Notes: a model not told the origin generated them from the letters alone. A stretch of DNA of 64,000 nt from Tissierellales bacterium (GCA_030152145.1 JASLIL010000102.1:2592-66591); one strand, 5' to 3'; counted from the first letter of the stretch, positions 16,866 to 25,131 are shown. Numbers and translations are program-made.

Positions 16866-17043
16866 ATGAGTGAGATATATGAGAGTTGACGATTTGTTTA
16901 GAGTTTGGGATTTCTATCAAGTATTAAGCTTCAGCTCTCTTATCTTAAATAGAGCTTAAGGAAGCTATTTTAAAATTATTTTTCATGGATCTTAGCTTTG
17001 GATAGACTTTGATTTTAAGCTTTGGATATTTTGGAGGTGGACT

Positions 17044-17424
17044 ATGGACTTAAAGGAAACTATGATGTCTTTAAAAAACTGGGCTGTAATAGGAGCCAGT
17101 AGTAAGCCGGAAAAAATTAGCTACAAAATTTACAAGAGCCTAAGGGAAAATGATTACCAGGTGTATCCTGTAAATAAAAACTATGACAAGATAGACCAGG
17201 ACAAGGTATATAAGTCTATTTTAGACATAGAAGCTTCCATAGATGTTGTAGATATGCTGGTTAATCCTAAAATAGGCATGGAAGTTTTATATCAGATAAG
17301 GGACAAGGGCGTTGAATATATTTGGTTTCAACCTGGAAGCTTTGATGAGGAGCTTTTGAAAAAAGCCGATCAATTAGGTTTTAAATACCTTTATGATGAA
17401 TGTATATATAGGGAATTAATTTAA
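17044..17424 (+). CDS. CoA-binding domain protein (YccU/YneT family)
   Basis: 126 aa. LKNWAVIGASSKPEKISYKIYKSLRENDYQVYPVNKNYDKI is the CoA_binding_2 signature. Confidence 0.8.
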   Translation: MDLKETMMSLKNWAVIGASSKPEKISYKIYKSLRENDYQVYPVNKNYDKIDQDKVYKSILDIEASIDVVDMLVNPKIGMEVLYQIRDKGVEYIWFQPGSFDEELLKKADQLGFKYLYDECIYRELI

Positions 17425-17440
17425 TTATATTAGATAGATA

Positions 17441-17468
17441 AAGAGAGCTGATAGATCAGCTCTCTTTT
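17441..17468. terminator. bidirectional hairpin terminator between convergent genes
   Basis: Perfect 10-bp stem AAGAGAGCTG / CAGCTCTCTT, loop ATAGAT, short T tracts on both strands. Confidence 0.7.
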
Positions 17469-18408
17469 AATATCCTCTATTTAAGTCTACTATATTTAAT
17501 ATTTCTTCCTGGTTTTTATATCTTTTTAGGTTTTCATAAAGCATCTGGAATCTTCTTTCTTCAAACATTTCTGAATTCCAGGAGTTATGAGGAGTTACAA
17601 TAACCTTATCCATAGTCCATAGGGGGCTATCCTTAGGAAGAGGCTCCTTCTCAAATACATCTAGGGCTGCTCCAGTTACCTTCCCAGATTCAAGAGCTTC
17701 TATAAGGGCCTTCTCATCTATTATAGTTCCGCGGGCTATATTTACCAGCCTTACTCCATCCTTTAACTTGCTTAGGAAGTCATGATCTACCAATCCATGG
17801 GTGTCCTTTGTATAGGGCAGGGTGATTACCATATAGTCAAAGTCGCCTATAACCCTATGGGCCTCATCTATACTATAGCTTTCATTAAAGCCCTCTGTTG
17901 GTTTACCACTGGAGTTTATACCAATAATATTAACTCCAAAACCCTTAAGTCTTTTACTGGCCTCCTTGGCTATATCCCCAGTTCCTAAAAATCCTACTGT
18001 CTTGCCGTAGATTTCATTTAGGTCAAAAACCATATTCCAATTCTTCTCCTCCTGCTGCCTGTAAAAACCCTTGGAGTTTTTAGCCATTTCCAGAATCTTA
18101 AGAACTATCCACTCTCCTATAGGTATATTGTAGCCTAGCTTGTTGTTTGATAGGAGAATATCCCTAGAAAGTATCTTATCTTTTGGAACTTGATTTACTC
18201 CTGTAGTCAGTAGTTGAATCCATTTTAGCTTTGGAAAATCATCAAGATTAATCTTATCAAAACCTTCAGAAGTCACCAGTATATCTATATCCTTGTTTTC
18301 CTCTGTAAGTCTTAAACTTCTCTCTGGCTCTAGTATGACATCATAGCCTAGATCCTCTATTTTTTTTAATTTATCATCAGTAAATTTATAGGTTATAAGT
18401 GTTTTCAT
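17467..18408 (-). CDS. D-isomer-specific 2-hydroxyacid dehydrogenase family protein (NAD-binding)
   Basis: GKTVGFLGTGDIAKEASKRL Rossmann motif. Catalytic-region motifs NIARGTIIDEKAL and GAALDVFEKEPLP, then TPHNS. Confidence 0.85.
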   Translation of the reverse strand: MKTLITYKFTDDKLKKIEDLGYDVILEPERSLRLTEENKDIDILVTSEGFDKINLDDFPKLKWIQLLTTGVNQVPKDKILSRDILLSNNKLGYNIPIGEWIVLKILEMAKNSKGFYRQQEEKNWNMVFDLNEIYGKTVGFLGTGDIAKEASKRLKGFGVNIIGINSSGKPTEGFNESYSIDEAHRVIGDFDYMVITLPYTKDTHGLVDHDFLSKLKDGVRLVNIARGTIIDEKALIEALESGKVTGAALDVFEKEPLPKDSPLWTMDKVIVTPHNSWNSEMFEERRFQMLYENLKRYKNQEEILNIVDLNRGY

Positions 18409-18520
18409 AATAATCCCTCCAAGTTTATATGTACCCTGAAAGTCCCTAAGACTAACTAAAAAAGTATAACTTGTAAAATAACCTTAAGTCAACTAATATA
18501 ATTATATTAGGAGGTAGATT

Positions 18521-19132
18521 ATGGCAAAGAAAAAATACTATTCAGTAAGATCAGGAAGGAAACCAGGTATATATAGGAGCTGGTCAGACTGTGAGAAGGA
18601 GATAAAGGGCTTTTCTGGGGCAGAGTATAAGAAGTTTTCTAGTCTAGAAGAGGCAGAGGGATTTATGCTTGATAGGGAGGAGGAAGGAAAATCCTTAGAT
18701 AGGCTAGGAAGTAAGGAGGCAGTGGCCTATGTAGATGGTAGCTACAAGCTAGCTAGCCATGAATATAGCTATGGCATGGTCTTTTTTACAGATAAGGATA
18801 AGATAGAAGAATTTAAGAAATACCAGGATCCAGAGATGGCTGCTATGAGAAATGTAGCTGGAGAAATTAAGGGGGCTATGGCAGCTATGTCCAAGGCCTT
18901 GGAACTTAAGAAGGAGGTTCTCTATATCTACTATGACTATATGGGAATAGAAAAGTGGGCCAAGGGTGAATGGAAGAGAAATAAATCTGGTACCATAGCC
19001 TACAAGGACTACTATGACAGTATAGAGGAGGACCTAAGGGTTCACTTTATAAAAGTTAAGGCCCATACAGGGGACAAGTACAACGAAGAAGCTGATAGTT
19101 TGGCAAAAAAAGCATTGGGGATAGAAGGTTAA
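18521..19132 (+). CDS. ribonuclease H1-type protein with N-terminal hybrid-binding (viroplasmin-like) domain
   Basis: N-terminus KKYYSVRSGRKPGIYRSWSDCEKEIKGFSGAEYKKFSSLEEAEGF is the RNase H1 HBD. The C-terminal part has YVDGS ... and KVKAHTGDKYNEEADSLAK catalytic-type motifs. Confidence 0.8.
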   Translation: MAKKKYYSVRSGRKPGIYRSWSDCEKEIKGFSGAEYKKFSSLEEAEGFMLDREEEGKSLDRLGSKEAVAYVDGSYKLASHEYSYGMVFFTDKDKIEEFKKYQDPEMAAMRNVAGEIKGAMAAMSKALELKKEVLYIYYDYMGIEKWAKGEWKRNKSGTIAYKDYYDSIEEDLRVHFIKVKAHTGDKYNEEADSLAKKALGIEG

Positions 19133-19632
19133 TAACCTTCACCATCACCAATGCTATCATCATTTCTAATCCAGTCTTCAACACTTACAAGTCTATAGTC
19201 ATTGTAGTTATCTCTTACTATTACATCTTTTATACCGGAATTTATTATTAATCTCTTGCACATGGAGCAGGAACTGCTTTTCTCCACATACTCATCTGTC
19301 TCAACTTCCTTTCCCACTAGGTAGAGGGTGGAGTCAATCATATCTCGCCTAGAAGCGGATATAATACAATTGGCTTCAGCATGGACAGATCTACACAGTT
19401 CATATCTAGTACCACGTGGTACATCTAATTCGCTGCGCCTACACTGGCCTATATCAGAGCAGTTAACTCTTCCACGAGGGGCCCCAGTATAGCCTGTAGA
19501 AATTATTTCATCATTCTTAACTATAATTGCTCCAAAGTTTCTTCTCATACAGGTACCTCTTTTAGAAACAGTCTCAGCAATATCTAAATAATAGTTGACC
19601 TTATCACGTCTCTTCAAATGTATCACTCCCAC
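19129..19632 (-). CDS. dCMP deaminase (ComEB-type cytidine/deoxycytidylate deaminase)
   Basis: Zinc motifs HAEANCI and CSMCKRLI. Length 167 aa. N-terminus NYYLDIAETVSKRGTC is typical of ComEB. Confidence 0.85.
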   Translation of the reverse strand: MGVIHLKRRDKVNYYLDIAETVSKRGTCMRRNFGAIIVKNDEIISTGYTGAPRGRVNCSDIGQCRRSELDVPRGTRYELCRSVHAEANCIISASRRDMIDSTLYLVGKEVETDEYVEKSSSCSMCKRLIINSGIKDVIVRDNYNDYRLVSVEDWIRNDDSIGDGEGY

Positions 19633-19729
19633 TATTTAAATCTATATCTATTATATATTAAATCAGCCTAAATAAAAATACATAGTAAAAAAATGATATA
19701 ATATATTAAAATAAGCTAGGAGGGATTAG

Positions 19730-20218
19730 ATGGACTATTTAATTAGGGAGAGGGTCTTTGCCCTTGGAAATAAATTTGATATAGAGGATAGCATGGGTCA
19801 GTCTATCTATAGGGTAGAATCTCAGATCTTTGCCCTGGGAAGAAAGCTTAGGATCTATAATAGAAATGGTGAGGAAGTAGCCTATATAGAACAAAGGATT
19901 CCCAGGCTCCTGCCAGAATATGATATTTATATAGATGGAAGGCAGCTAGGAAGCCTGAAAAAGGAGCTTAGTTTCTTTAGGCCCAGCTTTGCAATAAACA
20001 GTGATTATGGGGATTTTGAAATAGAGGGAGATGTCCTAAGATACAACTTTAGCATCTTAAAAAATGGCAGACCAGTAGCCAGTATAAGTAAGAAGTTTTT
20101 GGCCTTGTCTGACAGCTACATGGTATCTGTAGATGATGATTTAAACCAGGCTTTTATTTTGGCCCTAGTCATAATACTAGACCAGGTTCATCATGACCAA
20201 AGCTCTTCAAGCCAGTAA
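19730..20218 (+). CDS. LURP-one-related / YxjI (DUF567, tubby-like fold) family protein
   Basis: 162 aa. MDYLIRERVFALGNKFDIED..G...Y.VES.IFALGRKL.IY...GEEVAYIEQ pattern typical of YxjI proteins. Confidence 0.7.
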   Translation: MDYLIRERVFALGNKFDIEDSMGQSIYRVESQIFALGRKLRIYNRNGEEVAYIEQRIPRLLPEYDIYIDGRQLGSLKKELSFFRPSFAINSDYGDFEIEGDVLRYNFSILKNGRPVASISKKFLALSDSYMVSVDDDLNQAFILALVIILDQVHHDQSSSSQ

Positions 20219-20232
20219 GGAAGGTGAAATAG

Positions 20233-21972
20233 ATGGAATTACTATCAGTACAAAAATCTGCCCAAGAGGTGGCAGAAGCCATATCAGCTGTACTGGATGT
20301 AGATGTTACCATAGTAGACCGGGATTTTAAAAGGGTAGCATCTACTGGGGAATACAAGAATTTTATAGGGGAGAGACTGCCTAAGAACTGTTCCTTTGAA
20401 AGGATTTTTAAGACCAAGAAAGCTCAGTTTATAGACAGACCCAATAAAAGTGAAAAATGTCTGGACTGCAGGTCCAGGGGAAACTGTAATGAGCTGGCAA
20501 CTATTGGCTATCCCATAAGGAATAATGGAGATCTTTTGGGAGTAATAGGCCTTATAGCCTTTACGGAAGATCAAAGGCATAGAATAGAAAGAGAATATGA
20601 ATCTCTCCTGGTTTTTCTAAGGAAACTTTCAGACCTTCTGGCAGGAAATCTAAAGTATACGGAGACCATAAAGGCCCTTAAAATTCAAGACCTGGAAACC
20701 AAGGCTATAATAAACGGCCTACAAAGCGCCATAGTTTGTGTGGATGAAAAATCTAGGATAAAGTTTGTAAATGAAAGGGCCCTAGACTATCTTTCAAGTT
20801 CAGAAGCTGAACTTATAAATAAAAATCTAGAGGATATTTTAAAGGGCTATGAATACAAGAAGGACCTTAGGGAGACCAGGGAAATAAAGATAAGGGGTAA
20901 AAGCTACCTACTGGACTACAGCCCTGTATTTGCTGATGGAAAGTTGGTTAGTGGAATCTTTGAGATAAGTAAAACATCCAACTTAATTAAGAATATATAC
21001 AAGATCATAGGCTCTGAAAAGCTTATAAACTTTGAGGATATACTAGGGGAAAGTCAAGAATTTACCAGGGTCAAGAAGCTTTCTAAGAATCTTGCCAAAA
21101 GCAAGTCCACCATACTTTTAAGAGGGGAAAGTGGAACTGGAAAGGAACTTTTTGCCAGGGCTATCTACAGTGAAAGCAAGAGACAGAGGGAGCCCTTTGT
21201 AGTAGTAAACTGTGCCTCTATACCAGACAATCTTTTGGAATCAGAGCTCTTTGGCTATGAGGGAGGTTCCTTTACTGGTGCAAAAAAAGAAGGCAACATG
21301 GGCAAGTTTGAACTAGCCAATGGTGGAACCCTATTTCTAGATGAAATAGGAGACCTGCCCCTACACCTTCAACCTAAGCTTCTAAGAGTTCTACAGGATG
21401 GAAGTTTCTCTAGAATTGGGGGAAATGAAATTATAAATGCGGACTTTAGGTTAATATCAGCCACCAATAGAAAGCTAGAAGAAATGATAGCCAGGGGAGA
21501 GTTTAGGGAGGACCTTTACTACAGGCTTAATGTTATACCCATAACCATACCGGCCCTAAGGGAGAGAAGGCAGGATGTGGAACTTCTGGCTGAGGCCTTC
21601 TTGGAAAAATACTGTAGGATCTTGGGAAAGAATATGGAATTTAGTCCTAGGGCCATGGAGGCCATGAAGAACTATTCCTGGCCTGGAAATGTTAGAGAGC
21701 TGCAAAATGTTGTAGAGTATCTTGTAAATGTAACTAATGACAGCAGGATTGATCTTGATAAGCTACCAGATAAGCTTCTGGAAGAGAAGCTTGAAAGGCC
21801 AGTTTTAGACTCTAGTCTAAAAGAGATGCTAGACAGCTATGAAGAGGAAATCTTGTCTAGGTATTTAGAGATCTATGGGAAAAAAACTGAGGATAAAAAA
21901 CTAGTAGCGGAAAAATTAAATATAGATCTTTCTACACTTTATAGGAAGTTAGGCAAATATAATTTGCAGTAA
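20233..21972 (+). CDS. sigma-54-dependent transcriptional activator (N-terminal sensor domain, PAS, AAA+, Fis-type HTH)
   Basis: AAA+ Walker A GESGTGKELFA, GAFTGA-type loop ESELFGYEGGSFTGA, Walker B LFLDEIG, C-terminal HTH VAEKLNIDLSTLYRKL. N-terminus resembles CdaR-type diacid-recognition domains and carries CLDCRSRGNC. Confidence 0.9.
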   Translation: MELLSVQKSAQEVAEAISAVLDVDVTIVDRDFKRVASTGEYKNFIGERLPKNCSFERIFKTKKAQFIDRPNKSEKCLDCRSRGNCNELATIGYPIRNNGDLLGVIGLIAFTEDQRHRIEREYESLLVFLRKLSDLLAGNLKYTETIKALKIQDLETKAIINGLQSAIVCVDEKSRIKFVNERALDYLSSSEAELINKNLEDILKGYEYKKDLRETREIKIRGKSYLLDYSPVFADGKLVSGIFEISKTSNLIKNIYKIIGSEKLINFEDILGESQEFTRVKKLSKNLAKSKSTILLRGESGTGKELFARAIYSESKRQREPFVVVNCASIPDNLLESELFGYEGGSFTGAKKEGNMGKFELANGGTLFLDEIGDLPLHLQPKLLRVLQDGSFSRIGGNEIINADFRLISATNRKLEEMIARGEFREDLYYRLNVIPITIPALRERRQDVELLAEAFLEKYCRILGKNMEFSPRAMEAMKNYSWPGNVRELQNVVEYLVNVTNDSRIDLDKLPDKLLEEKLERPVLDSSLKEMLDSYEEEILSRYLEIYGKKTEDKKLVAEKLNIDLSTLYRKLGKYNLQ

Positions 21973-22040
21973 TGCAAAACTTTCGCAATAATGCCAATGA
22001 AATTTAGGCCTATCTAAAGATAAATTTGCAAGACTGCGAA
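21963..22040 (+). promoter_or_regulatory. candidate enhancer (UAS) sites: TTTGCA-N4-TGCAAA (21963-21978), degenerate TTCGCA-N4-TGCCAA (21982-21997), TTTGCA-N4-TGCGAA (22025-22040)
   Basis: Repeated 16-bp inverted-repeat units 60-150 bp upstream of the -24/-12 promoter. The two best copies have centres 62 bp apart. Confidence 0.55.
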
Positions 22041-22060
22041 AGTTGGAAAAAGAAGGGGAA

Positions 22061-22098
22061 AGCCTTCTAGGCCCTAAGGGGTCTAGGAGGCTTTTTTT
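22061..22098 (+). terminator. terminator of the sigma-54 activator gene
   Basis: Stem AGCCTTCTAG / CTAGGAGGCT (one G-U pair) with an inner CCC/GGG stem, followed by T7. Confidence 0.7.
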
Positions 22099-22101
22099 AC
22101 T

Positions 22102-22117
22102 TGGCATGGACCTTGCA
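22102..22117 (+). promoter_or_regulatory. sigma-54 (-24/-12) promoter TGGCATGGACCTTGCA
   Basis: TGGCAT-N5-TTGCA matches consensus TGGCAC-N5-TTGCW with exact GG-to-GC spacing. It lies directly downstream of a sigma-54 activator gene. Confidence 0.85.
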
Positions 22118-22144
22118 ATATATGGAGGTAAGGAGTTGATAGTT

Positions 22145-23395
22145 TTGAATAATTTAGATAGGAAAGTTTTAGATCTAGTAAAAAAGGATACGGTTCTAGC
22201 CCTAGGCTGTACAGAGCCTATAGCAGTGGCACTTTGCAGCAGTAGGCTAAGGGGCATGGTGGATAATATAGAGAGAATAGAATTGGACTTAAGTTTAAAT
22301 ATATATAAAAATGGAAAGGCAGTTTATATACCTGGGACAGGAAGAACTGGCCTGGACTTTGCCTGTGCCCTAGGCTTGGTTGGAGGAGACTATAGGAAGG
22401 GGTTAATGGTTCTTGAGGACATTAGGGATGAAGATATAGAAAAAGCCTTGGAACTAGTGGATTCTGGCCTTATAAAGCTTAGGATAAGTGAAGAAGAAGG
22501 AGTCTATGTAAAGGTTAAACTTATAGGTGATGGAGAGGCTCTTGCTGTAGTGGAGTCAAGTCATGACAGCTTTAGCCATGTAGAGGAAAACTCTAGGATT
22601 ATTTTTAGCCAGGACCCTGGTAAAGATTCTAATAATATGGATTTTCTTTATGACCTGGACTTTATAAAGATAAGGGAAATAGTAGAAGCAACAAGGAGTG
22701 CGGACCTGACTTTTTTAAGGGAGGGTATAGAGAAGAACCTAGAAGCTGCCAAGGAGGGTTTAAAGGGAGAAACCTATTTGGGCATTGGTAAAAGTCTAGT
22801 AGAGATTTATGGTGATAAGCCTGGACTTATAGATAGGGTTAGGATCTACACAGCCAGTGCTAGTGATTTTAGGATGAGTGGGGGAAACTGTCCTATAATG
22901 ACCAGTGGAGGCAGTGGAAACCAGGGTATAGGTGTTTTCATTCCCATAGCCTTGGTGGCAGAGGAAAAAAAACTGGATGAGGATAAGCTTTTAAGGGCCA
23001 TTTACTTTGGCCATATAGTAAATAAGTATGTGAAACTTTACACTGGGAAACTATCCAGCCTTTGTGGTTGTGCCATAGCTTCTGCCCTGGGAGCAGCTAG
23101 TGGTATTACTTGGATGCTGGGAGGCAGTGATGAGGAAATAGCTGGATCCTGTAATAATCTTTTATCGAACCTAACAGGCATGATCTGTGACGGAGCCAAG
23201 GATACCTGTGCCTTAAAGCTAGCTACATCTGCAACAGAAGCTCTTATAGCCAGCTTCTTAAGCTTAGATGGGGTTTATCCAAAGGGTCATGTGGGTATAG
23301 TATCTGAGAATGTAGTGGACAGCATTAAAAACCTGGGTATTCTAAGGGAGGAGGGCCTAAGGGATGCTGACTCTACAATAGTTAAACTAATTTAG
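22145..23395 (+). CDS. cdsB: L-cysteine desulfidase (UPF0597/YhaM/CdsB family, serine-dehydratase-alpha-like)
   Basis: LALGCTEPIAVAL near the N-terminus, SGGSGNQGI and CDGAKDTCALK motifs. TTG 22145 (9 nt after AAGGAG) is the first start downstream of the predicted sigma-54 transcription start. TTG 22136 is an alternative. The 22043 track start and ATG 22106 lie upstream of or inside the promoter. Confidence 0.85.
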   Translation: MNNLDRKVLDLVKKDTVLALGCTEPIAVALCSSRLRGMVDNIERIELDLSLNIYKNGKAVYIPGTGRTGLDFACALGLVGGDYRKGLMVLEDIRDEDIEKALELVDSGLIKLRISEEEGVYVKVKLIGDGEALAVVESSHDSFSHVEENSRIIFSQDPGKDSNNMDFLYDLDFIKIREIVEATRSADLTFLREGIEKNLEAAKEGLKGETYLGIGKSLVEIYGDKPGLIDRVRIYTASASDFRMSGGNCPIMTSGGSGNQGIGVFIPIALVAEEKKLDEDKLLRAIYFGHIVNKYVKLYTGKLSSLCGCAIASALGAASGITWMLGGSDEEIAGSCNNLLSNLTGMICDGAKDTCALKLATSATEALIASFLSLDGVYPKGHVGIVSENVVDSIKNLGILREEGLRDADSTIVKLI

Positions 23396-23459
23396 TATAT
23401 TTTGTTAATTCTAGTGAAAATTTGGGTAATATACTTGTAGTATTGAAAGGAGTGATAGT

Positions 23460-23879
23460 GTGTCAAAGGGAAAGTTTAGCAAGATGTTACAGGAGTTTAA
23501 GGATTTTGCCATGAAGGGTAGTGTAGTAGACCTGGCAGTCGGTGTGGTTATAGGGGGAGCTTTTGGTAGTATAGTTTCATCCTTAGTAGATGATATTATA
23601 ATGCCTTTAGTTGGTATCTTAACAGGTAATGTGGATTTTAGTAACCTAGCCATACAGTTAAGTGAAGATAACTCTATTAAATACGGAATGTTTTTAAATA
23701 ATATTATTCAGTTTTTAATTATTTCCTTTTCTTTATTCTTGGTTATAAAACAGATCAATAAGCTAAAGCCTGCTGAAGTCCAAGCGGCACCGACAACTAA
23801 GACTTGTCCATTCTGTAAGACAGAGATAGATATAGAAGCTACAAGATGTCCTAATTGTACATCAGAACTTAATAAATAG
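23460..23879 (+). CDS. mscL: large-conductance mechanosensitive channel MscL with C-terminal zinc-ribbon extension
   Basis: [40 protein letters not shown] is the MscL signature. GTG start after AGGAGTGA. Tail [23 protein letters not shown]. Confidence 0.9.
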   Translation: MSKGKFSKMLQEFKDFAMKGSVVDLAVGVVIGGAFGSIVSSLVDDIIMPLVGILTGNVDFSNLAIQLSEDNSIKYGMFLNNIIQFLIISFSLFLVIKQINKLKPAEVQAAPTTKTCPFCKTEIDIEATRCPNCTSELNK

Positions 23880-23890
23880 GCTATTTTATA

Positions 23891-23916
23891 AATAACCCGA
23901 AAGGGTTATTTTTTTA
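23891..23916 (+). terminator. rho-independent terminator of mscL
   Basis: Stem AATAACCC / GGGTTATT, GAAA loop, T8. Confidence 0.9.
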
Positions 23917-24056
23917 TTATTAACTTGTAAAGCCTATAGATAAATACTATAGAAAAACAAAATGGATAAAAAAACATTATATATAGAGAAATAAGACAAA
24001 ATATATCATATTATATTAAGGAGTTTAAAGAGAAATATATTAATAGGAGGAATAAT

Positions 24057-24746
24057 ATGGACTCAAAAAAGAAATCTAGAATTATTAAAATTGGTGTTCT
24101 AGTGGCGGTAGTATTTGCTTTTATTTTTATTAAACCACTTAATATGGGATTAAAAAACATGCTAGGAGCTTTTAAAGACTTGGAAAGTGTTAAGGAATAC
24201 ATAAGATCTTTTGGTCCTTGGGCAGTAGCTATATCCTTTACAATGATGATTTTACAGGCTTTAGCAGCACCTATACCAGCCTTTCTAATCACCTTTGCCA
24301 ATGCAGCTATATGGGGATGGTGGAAAGGTGCTATACTTTCATGGTCAAGTGCTATGGCAGGGGCTATGGTATGCTTTGCAATATCAAGGATCTACGGAAG
24401 AAGTGCAGCAGAGAAATTCGCTTCTAAGATGGCCTTGGACGATGTGGAAGTTTTCTTTGAAAAGTATGGGAAAAATGCTATATTAGTAGCTAGGCTTTTA
24501 CCATTTGTACCCTTTGATCCTATAAGCTATGCAGCAGGTTTAACTTCTATGGACTTTAAGGGTTTTGTTATAGCTACAGGTTTGGGACAGCTTCCAGCAA
24601 CTATTGTCTATTCATATGCAGCAGCGAAATCTTCAAATCCATCAACTTTTGTAAAAGGACTCTTGCTTTTATTTGGGATTTCTGTTACAATATATACTAT
24701 TAAGAAAATATGGACAGAAAAGCAGAAAAAAGAAGTTGCAAAATAG
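24057..24746 (+). CDS. TVP38/TMEM64 (DedA-related, SNARE-associated) family membrane protein
   Basis: 229 aa. Motifs AAPIPAFLITFANAAIWGWWKG and RLLPFVPFDPISYAAGLT are typical of the family. Confidence 0.85.
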   Translation: MDSKKKSRIIKIGVLVAVVFAFIFIKPLNMGLKNMLGAFKDLESVKEYIRSFGPWAVAISFTMMILQALAAPIPAFLITFANAAIWGWWKGAILSWSSAMAGAMVCFAISRIYGRSAAEKFASKMALDDVEVFFEKYGKNAILVARLLPFVPFDPISYAAGLTSMDFKGFVIATGLGQLPATIVYSYAAAKSSNPSTFVKGLLLLFGISVTIYTIKKIWTEKQKKEVAK

Positions 24747-24748
24747 AT

Positions 24749-24777
24749 TTGCTATTTTATACTATTAAGTATATAAT
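24749..24777 (+). promoter_or_regulatory. sigma-A promoter TTGCTA-N17-TATAAT giving a ~147-nt cold-shock-gene 5' UTR
   Basis: Hexamers with exact 17-nt spacing. A long 5' UTR is typical of csp genes. Confidence 0.7.
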
Positions 24778-24930
24778 ATAAATATACCTTAATCATAGTT
24801 TGTTTTGATTTTGGAAAAGAACAAATAATAACATATTAACTAAAGAAATAAGATAGTTGGAATGTACTCCGAATTTTATTTCTATAGTGTGTTGGGATTA
24901 AAGGAAATAAAATTTTGGAGGTAGTTAATA

Positions 24931-25131
24931 ATGACTAACGGAAAAGTAAAATGGTTTAGCGCTGAAAAAGGATTTGGATTTATCCAAACTGAAGAAGGAA
25001 ACGATGTATTCGTACACTTCTCACAAATCAACAAAGAAGGATTCAAAACTTTAGAAGAAGGACAAGAAGTAAACTTCGAAATCGTTGAAGGCGAAAAAGG
25101 ACCACAAGCAGAAAACGTAACATTAGCATAA
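24931..25131 (+). CDS. cold-shock protein (CspA family)
   Basis: 66 aa. [15 protein letters not shown] (RNP1) and DVFVHFS (RNP2). Confidence 0.95.
   Translation: MTNGKVKWFSAEKGFGFIQTEEGNDVFVHFSQINKEGFKTLEEGQEVNFEIVEGEKGPQAENVTLA

Noticed and set aside
16879-16959. 26-codon ORF (MRVDDLFRVWDFYQVLSFSSLILNRA) and a 7-codon ORF in the leader of the CoA-binding protein gene as possible leader peptides.
   Set aside because: There is no Shine-Dalgarno sequence upstream and no run of regulatory codons. The sequence overlaps the hairpin, so an RNA-structure role seems more likely.
18521-19132. RNase H-domain protein as part of a retroelement or defence system.
   Set aside because: No reverse transcriptase, integrase or repeat structures are nearby. 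The HBD + RNase H1 architecture is a common stand-alone cellular enzyme in Bacillota.
19129-19632. dCMP deaminase as a possible nucleotide-depletion antiphage effector.
   Set aside because: It is a 167-aa single-domain ComEB-type enzyme without the extra NTPase or kinase domains or the small-RNA/toxin context of defence deaminases. It looks like a housekeeping gene.
22043-22144. Upstream starts for the cysteine desulfidase (TTG 22043, ATG 22106).
   Set aside because: They lie upstream of or inside the terminator and the sigma-54 -24/-12 element, so they would not be on the mRNA if the promoter is functional.
24218-24486. Two same-strand alternative-frame ORFs (24218..24427 and 24295..24486) inside the TVP38-family gene.
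   Set aside because: They are out of frame with a gene that has clear family motifs, have no RBS, and have implausible composition (Cys/Tyr/Trp-rich).
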